Part shown: positions 49,924-62,577 of the stretch, one piece after another | Position numbering within the stretch: position 1 is the first letter of the stretch | Layout of the letters: every line of letters begins with the position of its first letter | Virus record (IMG/VR): IMGVR_UViG_3300020183_000007 | Coordinates: 115,609-179,608 of that record | Reading direction: 5' to 3' (one strand) | DNA: 64,000 nt | Source of the DNA: a virus | Position numbers and translations under genes: made by a program | The notes under the pieces: model-generated | Seen by the model: the letters and a program-made list of their open reading frames with translations, nothing else | The model's database searches: none | Told to the model about the DNA's origin: nothing

Positions 49924-52124
49924 TATAAAACCTCCATAATAAATTTAATCATATTATTTCGTACTTGTTTGGAATTAATCCATACGGATCCATTATACAT
50001 TAAATGGTCACCATTCGCTACAGAAGTTATAGTAACATCAGATAAATCATCTAACGGTCCAGTTGGACCACTTGGTCCCTGTGCTCCTTGTGCACCCTGT
50101 GCGCCCTGTGCTCCAGTTGCTCCAGTAGAACCCTGTGGTCCGGTATTTCCCTGTGGACCCGTTGCGCCTTGTGGACCCGTCGCTCCCTGTGCGCCTGTCG
50201 CACCCTGTGCACCCTGAGGACCAGTTGCCCCAGTCGCACCAGTATCACCCGTGGCTCCCGTGGCTCCCTGTGAGCCAGTTGCCCCTTGCGGACCCTGTGG
50301 CCCTGCTGCTCCCTGAGGACCTGTGGCTCCTTGGGGTCCTGCATCGCCCTGAGCGCCCTGAGGGCCGGTTGAACCCTGGGGTCCTTGCGCACCAGTTGCT
50401 CCCGTCGCACCCTGAGCACCCGTTGATCCCTGTGGTCCCACATCACCCTGTGGTCCTTGTGCACCAGTTGCGCCGGTTGCCCCTTGGGCACCTGTCGCAC
50501 CCTGCGGTCCCTGTGCCCCCGTTGCTCCGGTTGCTCCTTGTGCGCCCGTAGCACCAGCGTCTCCTTGTGGACCTTGAGCACCAGTAGCGCCCTGAGCACC
50601 AGTAGCACCAGTAGCACCTTGAGCACCAGTAGCACCTTGAGCGCCCTGTGCGCCAACATCTCCAGTTCGAGCAAATGTAATGATGACATCATCGTTGTTT
50701 GCGAATGGTGTAGTGCTTGAGCCTGTAACAAACGACGACGAAACGCGGAAGAATCCGGTTTCTTCAGTTATTGAAGAAATGGTGAATAGAGCAAATGCCG
50801 ACGAATCACCTTTTTTAGAAACACGGAAGTGACCCTTAATTGTGCTCGTAGAGTCATCAATTGTCCTTAGGTATGACTGAATGTCCGTTGAGTTGTCATC
50901 AACGTCATCAATAATTAGTTCAGTCGATGTGTCCAGGGGTGAATTATTGAACTTTAGTTTTCCTGCACCGGGATCAGTTTGTGCTGTGTTTGAATTAAAG
51001 GTGTAGTCAAATGTAATTCCACCAAAGTTGCCCTGAGCACCCTGTGGACCCTGCGAGCCTGTTGCTCCCTGTGCTCCGGTTGAGCCTTGTGCTCCGGTGG
51101 CCCCCTGAGGGCCAGCATCTCCCTGAGGACCAGTTGCTCCTTGTGCGCCGGTATTTCCTTGTGGACCGGCTGCCCCCTGAGCGCCAGTTGCGCCCTGGGG
51201 TCCGACGTCGCCTTGCGCGCCCTGAGCCCCAGTTGCTCCCTGTGAACCCTGTGCTCCCGTAGCGCCCTGAGGACCGGTTGCTCCTTGTGCACCCGTAGCG
51301 CCCGTAGGGCCTTGTGGACCAGCATTTCCTTGTGGCCCTGTCGCCCCCTGTGCCCCTTGGGGGCCCTGTGGCCCTGTATCCCCCTGGGGACCAGTCGCTC
51401 CTTGGGGGCCAGTAGAACCTTGAGGGCCCTGAGGGCCCTGGGGACCCTGGGTGCCCTGTGGCCCTGTCGCCCCCTGTGCCCCCTGTGCCCCCTGAGGACC
51501 CTGGGGGCCAGTTGCCCCCTGTGGCCCTGTGTCTCCCTGTGGCCCTGTCGCCCCTTGCGGTCCCTGGGCACCAGTGGCACCAGTTGCGCCTTGTGGCCCT
51601 GTTGCCCCCTGTGCTCCGGTGGCCCCTTGTGCTCCAGTGGCTCCCTGAGGGCCTTGAGCGCCCGTAGCGCCCACATCGCCCTGAGGACCGGTCGCCCCCT
51701 GTGCTCCCTGAGGACCCTGAGAGCCTGTTGCCCCCTGTGGTCCTTGTGCACCAGTTGCTCCGGTTGCGCCTTGGGCGCCTTGTGGGCCAGTTGCGCTACT
51801 TGGGGCAAACTTAGTTCCGTTAAAAACAAGAGCCTGACCGTTTGTTGCACCAGTGCTATCGATCTCAATATTGTCAACAAACAAACTTGAAACATAGACG
51901 GAACTAGGTAAACTTATTGTAAATGAACCAGATGTCTCACTTACTGTTATTTGATTTGTTGTACCAGAAATTCCTGTAATTAATTTTGCGCCAACAATTG
52001 TATTAGATGCATTTTTATAAAAAAGTTTACCATCATTATAATTTATTGCTATTTCGCCATGAGTTAAACTAGAGGGTACAGACGTAGATGTACTTGAATT
52101 TTTAATTAAAAGAGTATTCGCCAT
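49923..52124 (-). CDS. collagen-like tail fibre protein
   Basis: Two long GXY blocks (~50060-50660, ~51030-51800) around a globular domain; N-terminal [16 protein letters not shown]; C-terminal LDDLSDV...[11 protein letters not shown]. Confidence 0.85.
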   Translation of the reverse strand: MANTLLIKNSSTSTSVPSSLTHGEIAINYNDGKLFYKNASNTIVGAKLITGISGTTNQITVSETSGSFTISLPSSVYVSSLFVDNIEIDSTGATNGQALVFNGTKFAPSSATGPQGAQGATGATGAQGPQGATGSQGPQGAQGATGPQGDVGATGAQGPQGATGAQGATGAQGATGPQGATGATGAQGPQGATGPQGDTGPQGATGPQGPQGAQGAQGATGPQGTQGPQGPQGPQGSTGPQGATGPQGDTGPQGPQGAQGATGPQGNAGPQGPTGATGAQGATGPQGATGAQGSQGATGAQGAQGDVGPQGATGAQGAAGPQGNTGAQGATGPQGDAGPQGATGAQGSTGAQGATGSQGPQGAQGNFGGITFDYTFNSNTAQTDPGAGKLKFNNSPLDTSTELIIDDVDDNSTDIQSYLRTIDDSTSTIKGHFRVSKKGDSSAFALFTISSITEETGFFRVSSSFVTGSSTTPFANNDDVIITFARTGDVGAQGAQGATGAQGATGATGAQGATGAQGPQGDAGATGAQGATGATGAQGPQGATGAQGATGATGAQGPQGDVGPQGSTGAQGATGATGAQGPQGSTGPQGAQGDAGPQGATGPQGAAGPQGPQGATGSQGATGATGDTGATGATGPQGAQGATGAQGATGPQGATGPQGNTGPQGSTGATGAQGAQGAQGAQGPSGPTGPLDDLSDVTITSVANGDHLMYNGSVWINSKQVRNNMIKFIMEVL

Positions 52125-52262
52125 TAAAAACCTCTATAAACACAAATAAAGTAAGCGCTTTATGCAATAATAGTAACATATTTTATTTCCCTTATCCAGT
52201 TATTGTACTTTTTAATTAAAAGCTTCACTCTTACTATTAGGGTAGGGATGGGAGTTTAAATT

Positions 52263-54187
<1,925 letters not shown>

Positions 54188-54188
<1 letters not shown>

Positions 54189-54385
54189 TGCTAAAGAAAA
54201 TAAATAAAATAGTAGAAGAAATTTATAATCAAGCTTGGACAATAGCCGGAACAGTACTGGTATTAATTACGCTGTCTGGCGATGTGCAGGAATGGGGAAT
54301 TAAAATAAGTTTAGCTACTCTTGGTATACACCTACTTGGTGTGGTCGTCAGAAAATCAAATGACGACGAAAAAGAATCTACTTGA
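54188..54385 (+). CDS. small membrane protein
   Basis: Two TM helices; overlaps the upstream stop. Confidence 0.55.
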
Positions 54386-54746
54386 TTAGATTCTCTGGAA
54401 TAATCCACAACTTACAGATTGCGTTTGGCTCTACTTTTCCAGCCACAATTTCACAACCTTGACCACCCATAAAGAATACGCAATTAGCACAAATCATTCC
54501 TTCTTTGATAAAAGGATTTAATTTAGCTGGAGCATAATGTGCTCCATTAGCTTTTGCTGTCTGATCAAATTTACCATGTTTTTCTACACACATTTCGTAA
54601 TGATCGTACATCATTTTTTGACGAGGATTTAGTTTTTCTTCAGGGTCATCTGGATCCTCGTCTTCAGGGGCTTCTTCTGGCATTTCATCTTCTGGCATTT
54701 CTTCATCATCGCCATTAGAATATTCTGATAACCAATAATTACTCAT
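54378..54746 (-). CDS. HiPIP-like Cys-motif protein, paralogue 1
   Basis: CANCVFF...CEIVAGKVEPNAICKLW. Confidence 0.55.
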   Translation of the reverse strand: MSNYWLSEYSNGDDEEMPEDEMPEEAPEDEDPDDPEEKLNPRQKMMYDHYEMCVEKHGKFDQTAKANGAHYAPAKLNPFIKEGMICANCVFFMGGQGCEIVAGKVEPNAICKLWIIPENLIK

Positions 54747-55062
54747 TTTTTGAACCTCCGCTTACTGCACCCTGCCAAATAGCAGCCAGTCTGCAGTAGC
54801 CATTTTCTTCAACGGTCTGAGCAACAATTTTACAGACCCCATTGCCCTCATAAAAGGCGCAGTTTCCACACTTAACTCCTATTGGAAGATTATCATTTTC
54901 AATGCCAGGAACATATCCCACCCAAATACCATTGCCATCATCATTGGCTAACTTTCCATATTTACCAACAATACCAATCATGGCATTGACATACTCGGCT
55001 TCTGCGGGAGCAAGTTTTTTATCCATTTGCTCTAATAGTTCTGCTAACCAATAAATAGACAT
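54739..55062 (-). CDS. HiPIP-like Cys-motif protein, paralogue 2
   Basis: CGNCAFY...CKIVAQTVEENGYCRL; starts MSIYWL, like MSNYWL of paralogue 1. Confidence 0.55.
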   Translation of the reverse strand: MSIYWLAELLEQMDKKLAPAEAEYVNAMIGIVGKYGKLANDDGNGIWVGYVPGIENDNLPIGVKCGNCAFYEGNGVCKIVAQTVEENGYCRLAAIWQGAVSGGSKNE

Positions 55063-55108
55063 TGTTATTCTCCAATCTTTTGCATAAAAATATAGTAACA
55101 ATATATTA

Positions 55109-56713
55109 CTACATTGTTCCCCTTCGTTGCATCTCTAATCTTCTTCTAGCTTCTTCGTCATCTTGAGCTAAACCTCTAGCACGAGACATTCCAAAGCCAG
55201 CTAAACCAAGAGCCCCAGCTATACCTAACATCTTAAGATTTCTAGCGCCGTTTGGACCTTGTGTGACGGCAGCCGATAAATCATCTGCTGCGGCTCTAAG
55301 TCTTCCTGGAACTTTTGCTGGAGCACCACTAGATGGTCTTGGTGGTGTTGGGGCATTGGAATGTATTGTTGCTTGTGGCGGTGGTGTTGCGTTACCAGAT
55401 TTAGTAACCTTTTCTGCTGTTTCTCTTGCCTGAGCTGCTGTAGGTGGTGGCGATGGCGTATTGGCATCGATAACCGGTCTGCCAATTGGTTTCCTGCCTG
55501 GAGTTTCACCGGTAGTCACCGTAGGCTGAGAAGGAACCGAGCCTGGAGTTGGGCCGGTAGTAACCGTAGGCTGAGAAGGAACCGAGCCTGGAGTTGGGCC
55601 GGTAGTAACCGTAGGCTGAGAAGGAACGGAGCCTGGAGTTGGGCCGGTAGTAACCGTAGGCTGATCGAAATATGGACGCCCAGCAGCTCTGGCAGCGTCT
55701 CTGGCAGCGGTTTTAGCTACCCCATCCATAGTTCTGTCATATTTCCCCAATACTCCATTTGCTTGGCGCCATGCTATTTGATCTTCAATTGTTGAATATG
55801 GGGTAGTGTAACCAGGTTTACCACTTAAAAGTTCATCCATTTCTGGAAAATTGTTTTTCACCTGCTCAATTGCCTCTATATCCGTTGCGTCAAGAGTGCC
55901 GGCTATTATCATCCTTTTATTTTGTTCCACTTGTGCTGCAGTGGCGGGAGTTTTTCCTGGTCGATCTTTTACCTCCCCACTATGTGGATCATGCTGTAAA
56001 TCTAAATATGGACGCCCATTATCATCAACGTAATATGGATTAAGATAATCTGTGGTAAATCTACCAGATGTTTTCTGAGAAATGGGGGCATTCTTTTGCT
56101 CAACATTATAATCTACTGTTTTGCGATAATTAGGATCGTATTGATCTTCGAGACGATCAAAAAGATCGCTTCCTTCTACAATGCCAATAATCCTATCTCT
56201 TTCTTCTATAGTTTGAGCATAGAAGGTAAATTGTCTTCCTGGTCTATACGCAGAGCTAGTTTTAAATCCTATATCATTTTCTCCTAGTAGTTCAACTAAT
56301 CTCAAAGTATCATTAGGATCAACAAATTTTTCTGCACCGCGCTCACCAGCTCTTAGCATGAATTTATAGAACCATTTTAAGCGCTCTCTTGAATCCATAC
56401 CCGCAAGGTTAACTCCAAGAGCACTTGTTCTTTTCTGAAAATTTGAGAAAAGTTCTTGATCAATAACATCAGCGCCTCCCATTATCCCTTTTGAGGGATC
56501 CTTGAGTTTTAATCCCATCTTTGCAAAAGCGTCTTCTTGCGTGAGCTCTGCCTTAAGATCTGCGTGTAACTTCCATCCATGGTTAGTATTGACTCCATGT
56601 GCTTGATTTTTTAAATTAACCAAATCATTAGATTCAAATGCATTATTGTCAGCGCGGGGGGGTGAATAGCCCTTTGGAAAACGCGCCTTTACTTCATTTA
56701 AGTCTGCTGTCAT
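55109..56713 (-). CDS. hypothetical protein (possible internal virion protein) with Pro/Thr repeats
   Basis: 534 aa; (QPTVTTGPTPGSVPS)3; C-terminal hydrophobic GIAGALGLAGFG. Confidence 0.6.
   Translation of the reverse strand: MTADLNEVKARFPKGYSPPRADNNAFESNDLVNLKNQAHGVNTNHGWKLHADLKAELTQEDAFAKMGLKLKDPSKGIMGGADVIDQELFSNFQKRTSALGVNLAGMDSRERLKWFYKFMLRAGERGAEKFVDPNDTLRLVELLGENDIGFKTSSAYRPGRQFTFYAQTIEERDRIIGIVEGSDLFDRLEDQYDPNYRKTVDYNVEQKNAPISQKTSGRFTTDYLNPYYVDDNGRPYLDLQHDPHSGEVKDRPGKTPATAAQVEQNKRMIIAGTLDATDIEAIEQVKNNFPEMDELLSGKPGYTTPYSTIEDQIAWRQANGVLGKYDRTMDGVAKTAARDAARAAGRPYFDQPTVTTGPTPGSVPSQPTVTTGPTPGSVPSQPTVTTGPTPGSVPSQPTVTTGETPGRKPIGRPVIDANTPSPPPTAAQARETAEKVTKSGNATPPPQATIHSNAPTPPRPSSGAPAKVPGRLRAAADDLSAAVTQGPNGARNLKMLGIAGALGLAGFGMSRARGLAQDDEEARRRLEMQRRGTM
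55509..55664 (-). repeat. 45-nt tandem repeat, 3.5 copies
   Basis: CCGGTAGTMACCGTAGGCTGAGAAGGAACSGAGCCTGGAGTTGGG units at 55509, 55554, 55599, partial at 55644. Confidence 0.85.
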
Positions 56714-56728
56714 TACATTCTCCGATTA

Positions 56729-56932
56729 TTATTTAATACATTTTCTAGAGCAGAATCTCTGATTATTATGCTCATAAACCATACCTCTAATAAATTCTCT
56801 GCTACAAGATGCACAATGAAATTTAACACCGGATATACCATAAAATAAGACTGGTTTACCCTTCTGCTCGACTTTTTGAACAGCGGTTGAGGTATTTGCA
56901 TAATTCTTTTTTGCTGGTTTTTTACCTGCCAT
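56729..56932 (-). CDS. small Zn-finger protein
   Basis: CASC...FCSRKC. Confidence 0.55.
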   Translation of the reverse strand: MAGKKPAKKNYANTSTAVQKVEQKGKPVLFYGISGVKFHCASCSREFIRGMVYEHNNQRFCSRKCIK

Positions 56933-56976
56933 TACCTACTCCTTATCATAGTAAACACAAGGATATAGTAATTGTT

Positions 56977-57750
56977 TTATCGAAGAATAGTCCAATCTTC
57001 AGGTATTAGATCCTTTGTATCGGCACCTATTTTCGGGCCAAACCAAACTGGTGGGACTATAACGGAGTTATTATTATTCTTATTAAGCCACGCTCCCCAC
57101 CAGCTAAAAGAGCTATTAGCTATAATATTAGAATGACACTGGGTCATTAAATACAAATCAATAAAATGATGGTTATGAGAAAAAACAAACCTATCTGAAT
57201 CCAATAATGACAAAGATTTACACCAATTAATATCATCAGAAAAAACAATACCAAAATCATAGTCATTAAAAAGACTGATAGCAGATTCATAATATTCTTG
57301 GCTTGGCGTAGGATGTGCATCTGGATTATTTAAATAATCAGTTCTTCTAAAGTGAATAGAAAAAACTTTGTGATCACTAAATATTTCAGAATACCTATCT
57401 GCTGCCTCAACTATTTCTGCCTTAAAAGCAAACTCATTCCTAATAATATTTTCTATGTTTTTAAAATATTTTTCAGTTTGAAAGTATCCAAATAAATCTA
57501 TATTATCAGGAAATCCTTTCATAAAATTTTCATCAAAATGAAAATGTGGTTCATTAAAAGTTTGACTAGGAAAATTATTACCTAACCTATTAGAGGCCTC
57601 ATTCATTTCAAAAAGATCAAAAAGTTGATGACGATTTGCGGGAATAATAAAATCATAATTGTTAGAATGCGCAATCCCTCTAAGGGATGCGTATTGGAAC
57701 ATCTGATTTCCAAGACGACCGTTTAGCCCAAGTCTACTATAGGACAGCAT
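56977..57750 (-). CDS. alpha-1,2-fucosyltransferase (GT11)
   Basis: GRLGNQMFQYA, GYFQTEKYF, SIHFRRTDY, FSDDINWC, IIANSSFSWWGAWL. Confidence 0.92.
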   Translation of the reverse strand: MLSYSRLGLNGRLGNQMFQYASLRGIAHSNNYDFIIPANRHQLFDLFEMNEASNRLGNNFPSQTFNEPHFHFDENFMKGFPDNIDLFGYFQTEKYFKNIENIIRNEFAFKAEIVEAADRYSEIFSDHKVFSIHFRRTDYLNNPDAHPTPSQEYYESAISLFNDYDFGIVFSDDINWCKSLSLLDSDRFVFSHNHHFIDLYLMTQCHSNIIANSSFSWWGAWLNKNNNNSVIVPPVWFGPKIGADTKDLIPEDWTILR

Positions 57751-57831
57751 TTCTTTCCCAGTTTTCCCATATAAACGGATATCGCCAAGTTAAATGATGA
57801 GTTTGGGAAAGCTTATCTGCTGGTCTTATTT

Positions 57832-58815
57832 TCATTTCTTCTTCCAGCCCATTGGGTCATCTGTCATACGATTGTAAATCCACTCGTATGTTTTTTCCAT
57901 GCCATCTGTCAATGTAATACTAGGCTCCCACCCAAACGTGCTACGGAATAAAGTATTATCACTATTTCTACCACGCACACCCTGAGGTGCATCAAGATTG
58001 TAATTTCTTTTAACTTTAATTCCAGCAATATCTTCAGCGATAGATACTAGCTGATTGATTGTTACTAACTCTGCGCTACCTATGTTAACCGGCGTATGCA
58101 ATGTTGAGTTAGAAAGCTCCCAGGTTCCACGAACACAATCATCAATATACATAAAAGATCTAGTCTGCTCACCGTCTCCCCAAACCTCAATTTCATGATT
58201 ACCAGAAAGTTTAGCTTCAATGACCTTTCTTATAATAGCTGCTGGAGCTTTTTCTCTTCCACCTTTATAAGTTCCATATGGTCCATAAACATTATGGTAT
58301 CTAGCGACATGGGTTTTAATTCCATAATCCTCCATAAAATGTCTGCACATTCTTTCTGAAAACAATTTTTCCCAACCATAACCATCTTCTGACTGAGCAG
58401 GATAAGCATCCTCTTCCTTTAAGGCTGTAACATCAGCGGACGATTGTTTTCCAGCGTTGTATACGCATGCCGAAGATGTATATAAATAACTTTCTACACC
58501 ATTTTTTCTAGCGGCATCTATCAGATTTGTGTTGATTAATACGGTCATCATACAGTCTGCCTTATTGTTTTCAATAAATCCCATACCACCCATATTGGCT
58601 GAAAGATTATAAACACGATCCATTGTCTTAGTCAGAGCATCGCAATTATTTGCTATAGAAACATCACTAGTTATATTATGGGCATCGTTGTGAAGTTGAT
58701 ACCATTCTATTGAATTCTTCTTATCTACAGCCGTTACAGTGTGCCCCTCTTGCAAAAGCTTTTTCGTTAGGTGTCCACCAATAAATCCACCTGCTCCAGT
58801 AATTAAAATTTTCAT
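57832..58815 (-). CDS. GDP-mannose 3,5-epimerase-like NAD-dependent epimerase
   Basis: TGAGGFIG, LSANMGGMGFI, SSACVY, DAYPAQSEDGYGWEKL, GGREKAPAA, GVRGRNSDN. Confidence 0.88.
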   Translation of the reverse strand: MKILITGAGGFIGGHLTKKLLQEGHTVTAVDKKNSIEWYQLHNDAHNITSDVSIANNCDALTKTMDRVYNLSANMGGMGFIENNKADCMMTVLINTNLIDAARKNGVESYLYTSSACVYNAGKQSSADVTALKEEDAYPAQSEDGYGWEKLFSERMCRHFMEDYGIKTHVARYHNVYGPYGTYKGGREKAPAAIIRKVIEAKLSGNHEIEVWGDGEQTRSFMYIDDCVRGTWELSNSTLHTPVNIGSAELVTINQLVSIAEDIAGIKVKRNYNLDAPQGVRGRNSDNTLFRSTFGWEPSITLTDGMEKTYEWIYNRMTDDPMGWKKK

Positions 58816-59621
58816 TATGATAATCTCCTATTCTCATTATGATCTTCAGTTAAGATTAATTCTTTATGTCTATTATATAATAATTTCATATTTTTATGAT
58901 TAGCCTCATATAGCCAGCTGCCAACGGAACCAGTTTTTCTCGTGCCTCCCCAAGAATAGTCTGAAATATAATCAATCCAGTAAAACCCAGCAACTTTTCC
59001 AAAATATTTAAAAGCTCTGTAACAAAGATCGTGATCATCTAGTTCTTGAGGAGAATAATCCTCATCAAGATAATCTAGTTTACATAAAATATCATGGTCT
59101 ATCATTAGTGGTCCACGATTAACGGAACTTCTAATAGCAAATGTTTCTCTGTTAATACTATTTTTATCAGCGTGGTTAGTATGAACTAATATGTCGCACC
59201 AACAATTATCTAAATTTTCTGTAACATATATGTGCTTTGAATTAGGGTTATATCTCCAGTCGTGAGCAGTTCTAGCAGTCACTGCAAAGACATCAGAAAA
59301 ACCAAAAGGCTTTTCCATTCTAAGATTCCAGTCTTGCTCATTTATAACCATGTCATCTTGGATGATGACAACCTTATCGCCCCGAGCGTGCTTTAATCCA
59401 ATGTTGTTTGCTTTTGTCTCAAAAACATTATCCGCATATAGTATGCTGATATTTTTATTAAACTTTTTAGAAAAAGATACAGCTATTTCTTCAGACTTAT
59501 CATCACATCCATCAAGAACAATAATCAATTCATAATTTCCTGATGTAAATTTTTTGATGTTATTTAATACGGTTTTTAAAAGAAAATCTTTATTGTGTAC
59601 TGTTAATATAAGACTATGCAT
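58815..59621 (-). CDS. glycosyltransferase family 2
   Basis: LILTVHN, VLDGCDD, IIQDD, ELDDHD. Confidence 0.8.
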   Translation of the reverse strand: MHSLILTVHNKDFLLKTVLNNIKKFTSGNYELIIVLDGCDDKSEEIAVSFSKKFNKNISILYADNVFETKANNIGLKHARGDKVVIIQDDMVINEQDWNLRMEKPFGFSDVFAVTARTAHDWRYNPNSKHIYVTENLDNCWCDILVHTNHADKNSINRETFAIRSSVNRGPLMIDHDILCKLDYLDEDYSPQELDDHDLCYRAFKYFGKVAGFYWIDYISDYSWGGTRKTGSVGSWLYEANHKNMKLLYNRHKELILTEDHNENRRLS

Positions 59622-60294
59622 TTGGGAATGTGTACTTTCTAATTTTTCCATTATCGACTTTAAGATTATATTTTACCACAAGATTGGTAAGTATGCTTTG
59701 ATCATGTCTATGATCCTGAAATGAAGGAAGGTTATCTTTGCCAGATACATTTTGTATATCTGTTAATATTCTTTCGTCCAAACAATAATGTAGCCATTCA
59801 TTTAATAAACTAATAGATGACTTTTTATTTTTCCAAAAAGATACTCCAGCCTCCAACTGACTAGCTGACCAGTATTTTTCTGAATCACAATCCATATAAA
59901 CAAAACAATCTCGTTTAGTCCACTTTGCGTTGTTGTTTCCATAAGTGATAAATAATTGATCTACATTATTCATCTGACTTATCAATTCTGATTCAAAAGA
60001 AATATCATCTAGCTGCGAATGAAATACGTCTCCAGAATCAATATAGAAAACAGTATCGTCATCATCAGCAAATGTTTCTAGGGCATGCTTTATAATATAA
60101 GGTTTCCACAACCAATATCCAGCACCACGTGTTTGATCTAAAATTTTTTTATTTGATTTATAAAAATCTGTTCTCTGAAACCAATGCTCTGTATAGGGTG
60201 CTATTTTAAAATTATTTAAAACAGCTTTTTGACATAGGGCAAGCTGCTTGTCAGAAAACTTATCATTTGCGTAAGTTACAAATAGTATAGCCAT
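59614..60294 (-). CDS. glycosyltransferase-like protein
   Basis: RGAGYWLWKPYII, YIDSG, HRHDQSIL. Confidence 0.65.
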   Translation of the reverse strand: MAILFVTYANDKFSDKQLALCQKAVLNNFKIAPYTEHWFQRTDFYKSNKKILDQTRGAGYWLWKPYIIKHALETFADDDDTVFYIDSGDVFHSQLDDISFESELISQMNNVDQLFITYGNNNAKWTKRDCFVYMDCDSEKYWSASQLEAGVSFWKNKKSSISLLNEWLHYCLDERILTDIQNVSGKDNLPSFQDHRHDQSILTNLVVKYNLKVDNGKIRKYTFPNA

Positions 60295-60337
60295 CTTTAA
60301 ATCTCATGTAAGAATCTCTTTGATTCTTCCAATTACA

Positions 60338-61030
60338 TCAATCTGCGTTCTTATGTGCCGATAAATATAGCCAACCCATATCTCTCCAGCTTTTTGGTAG
60401 TACATCTGGCTGAAATTGAGTTTTCCATAAACAGTAAGGGAAACTTACCTGATCCTGATATGACCATGTTAGATTTTGTTGATGCCAAAGCTCTCCAAGT
60501 TCTTTAACTTTTGGATTAGTTAAATCTCTAGCGGACACACCGCATTCATATAAGCCATATTCTGTTGGAAAACCTTCAGCAACATAAGATGCCACCTGTT
60601 CATCAAGTGGCTCTTTTGCGTATTTTGGCGGCCTAATGGTAGCTTCTCCGTAGGCGCAATGTCTACCATCAAAATGAGGTGAAGCAACAAAACCATTTTT
60701 CATATACGACATTATTTCAGAAACAAAATTCATATTGATAACAGCCATTGAGCCATCTATCCATATCATATATTTATAGTTATTCAAGATTGGTATTGAA
60801 TGCGGATTCAGCTTTGGTCTCTTGGATCTACGTCTACTATCCAAATGCTCATCGCCCAAAAGCTCCACCTTCCATGGTTTTGGGGCATCAAAAGAATTTT
60901 TTCCATCAGTAAAATAAACATAATCTACGCCATGTATATGATTCTGAGTAAGACAATGATCATACTCTCCAGTAACAGCAGTAACAATTACTGTCTGCCC
61001 ATACCAATCTTCTACCATGACACTCCTCAA
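60338..61030 (-). CDS. DUF616/glycosyltransferase-like protein
   Basis: TAVTGEYD, YVYFTD, IWIDGS, YQDQVSFPYCLW. Confidence 0.7.
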   Translation of the reverse strand: MRSVMVEDWYGQTVIVTAVTGEYDHCLTQNHIHGVDYVYFTDGKNSFDAPKPWKVELLGDEHLDSRRRSKRPKLNPHSIPILNNYKYMIWIDGSMAVINMNFVSEIMSYMKNGFVASPHFDGRHCAYGEATIRPPKYAKEPLDEQVASYVAEGFPTEYGLYECGVSARDLTNPKVKELGELWHQQNLTWSYQDQVSFPYCLWKTQFQPDVLPKSWRDMGWLYLSAHKNAD

Positions 61031-61698
61031 AAAGCTGTTGTAAACATCTCTATAGCTTCAGGTTGTTCTTCCGCTATTTTTGGATGTATAGTTTCTATAC
61101 TAACAATTGGTTCACGGATAAACCTATCAGATGCAAACCAACCATTTATTTTTGTTTCATTTATTAACTTTTTTGCACCGTTTGGATTTATCGCATAAGC
61201 ATAGGTGCAATTCATGGAATGCACACCAGAAGCTTCACCAGGAGAGAAACCCATTCTAAAAACAGAATTTTCTTGAACAGTGCAGTATTGATCAAAACCA
61301 TTTCGCATTTTTCTACGGCGGATTGATCCCTCCCAATCAAGATGAAGAACGTCACTCCATTCTGGGCTTGACCATTCTCTCAACAATATAGCATCGTGTT
61401 CCAAAATGATGATAGGCTCATTAAATTCTACGCAAATATTCCACAACGCATAATGTGAAGCAAAACATCCCCTAGTACCAGGAACGGAAGTCCATTTATT
61501 GTATAGATCAAAATAAGGAATATTATAGTCCCAAACAGGTTTTATATTATGATCCTCAAACAATGATAGAGAATCGTCTTTGGTATACGCTGCAAAATAA
61601 AAAGCCTCATAACCGAATTGTTTAGCTGACTCAAAAGCTTTAGCCGCTAAACGCTCTGATGAATCCATCCCTTCAATTGTTATAATAAATACTTTCAC
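61027..61698 (-). CDS. glycosyltransferase family 25-like protein
   Basis: GCFASHYALW...EPIIILEHDA...YAYAINPNGAKKL. Confidence 0.75.
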   Translation of the reverse strand: MKVFIITIEGMDSSERLAAKAFESAKQFGYEAFYFAAYTKDDSLSLFEDHNIKPVWDYNIPYFDLYNKWTSVPGTRGCFASHYALWNICVEFNEPIIILEHDAILLREWSSPEWSDVLHLDWEGSIRRRKMRNGFDQYCTVQENSVFRMGFSPGEASGVHSMNCTYAYAINPNGAKKLINETKINGWFASDRFIREPIVSIETIHPKIAEEQPEAIEMFTTAF

Positions 61699-61717
61699 AA
61701 TTATCCTTTAATGCAAC

Positions 61718-61811
61718 TGGCGGAGAAGGTGGGATTTGAACCCACGGACACCTTTTGAGATGTCGACATCTTAGCAGGATGTTCCATTCAACCGAACTCT
61801 GGCACCTCTCC
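61718..61811 (-). tRNA. tRNA-Ser(GCU), CCA encoded
   Basis: Reverse complement GGAGAGG...ACATC-CT GCT AA-GATGT, long variable arm, GTGGG-TTCAAAT-CCCAC, CTTCTCC-GCCA. Confidence 0.93.
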
Positions 61812-61818
61812 AGTACTA

Positions 61819-62577
61819 TTACGGTACAAGCCCTGGACGCTCTACGTCCTCCATTAAACGAGTTCTACTCCATGCCCCGCATGAATTACAATACCATTGC
61901 TGATATGTTCCAGTTTGAGTATATCGTTGACCTCTCTTTTGCAAATCATCAGACCCACAAGTTGGGCAATTACACTCGCCTTCGTACACATTTAAATTAG
62001 GATGGTTATTCATCCAGGGGCGCAACTTCATGTATACATTTCTTAGAAGGTCTACGTCCTGCTTAGCGTACTTCGTCATCAGTTTCCATGATTTTAAATC
62101 GCCACGCATGCATCCAGCCCACGTCTCAAAGCCACCAGTATCAACTTTTCTACCAACACCCAAATGCTGCCCCAAATGATCTAATCTGTTGCTATTAAAC
62201 ATAAAATATTTTCTAGCAACTTTTAATGTATCAACCTGTCTAACTGGTGAAGTTGGACCCATATTATGAGATATAAATCTTGCGTTAGCTTTTCGCATAT
62301 CAAACTTATCGCCATTGTGCGCAATTGCTATATCGGCTTCATCCAATAAATCCCAAAGCTTTTTAACTACATAAAGATCATCTTCTGGATTCTTTTTATA
62401 TTGATCAGGAAAATCTATCAAGGAACAAACATGCGTAGTTTTTTCGTGCTCCCATCTATATGATACACACAACATGTACCATTCGCGCTCATGTTCAATA
62501 ACATTCTGCTCATAGTGGCCCCAGACATAACTAAGGTTTGGAGCGGTTTCTATATCATAATATAAAATTTTTGCCAT
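61819..62577 (-). CDS. DnaQ/RNase H-like 3'-5' exonuclease with C-terminal Zn ribbon
   Basis: YYDIET, AHNGDKFD, YAKQDV, CPTCGS...CNSCG. Confidence 0.85.
   Translation of the reverse strand: MAKILYYDIETAPNLSYVWGHYEQNVIEHEREWYMLCVSYRWEHEKTTHVCSLIDFPDQYKKNPEDDLYVVKKLWDLLDEADIAIAHNGDKFDMRKANARFISHNMGPTSPVRQVDTLKVARKYFMFNSNRLDHLGQHLGVGRKVDTGGFETWAGCMRGDLKSWKLMTKYAKQDVDLLRNVYMKLRPWMNNHPNLNVYEGECNCPTCGSDDLQKRGQRYTQTGTYQQWYCNSCGAWSRTRLMEDVERPGLVP

Noticed and set aside
49969-51895. Several alternative-frame ORFs over the collagen gene (e.g. 50954-51895, 50051-50731, 51285-51890)
   Set aside because: Shadow ORFs produced by GC-rich GXY repeats lacking stop codons; no RBS or independent motifs.
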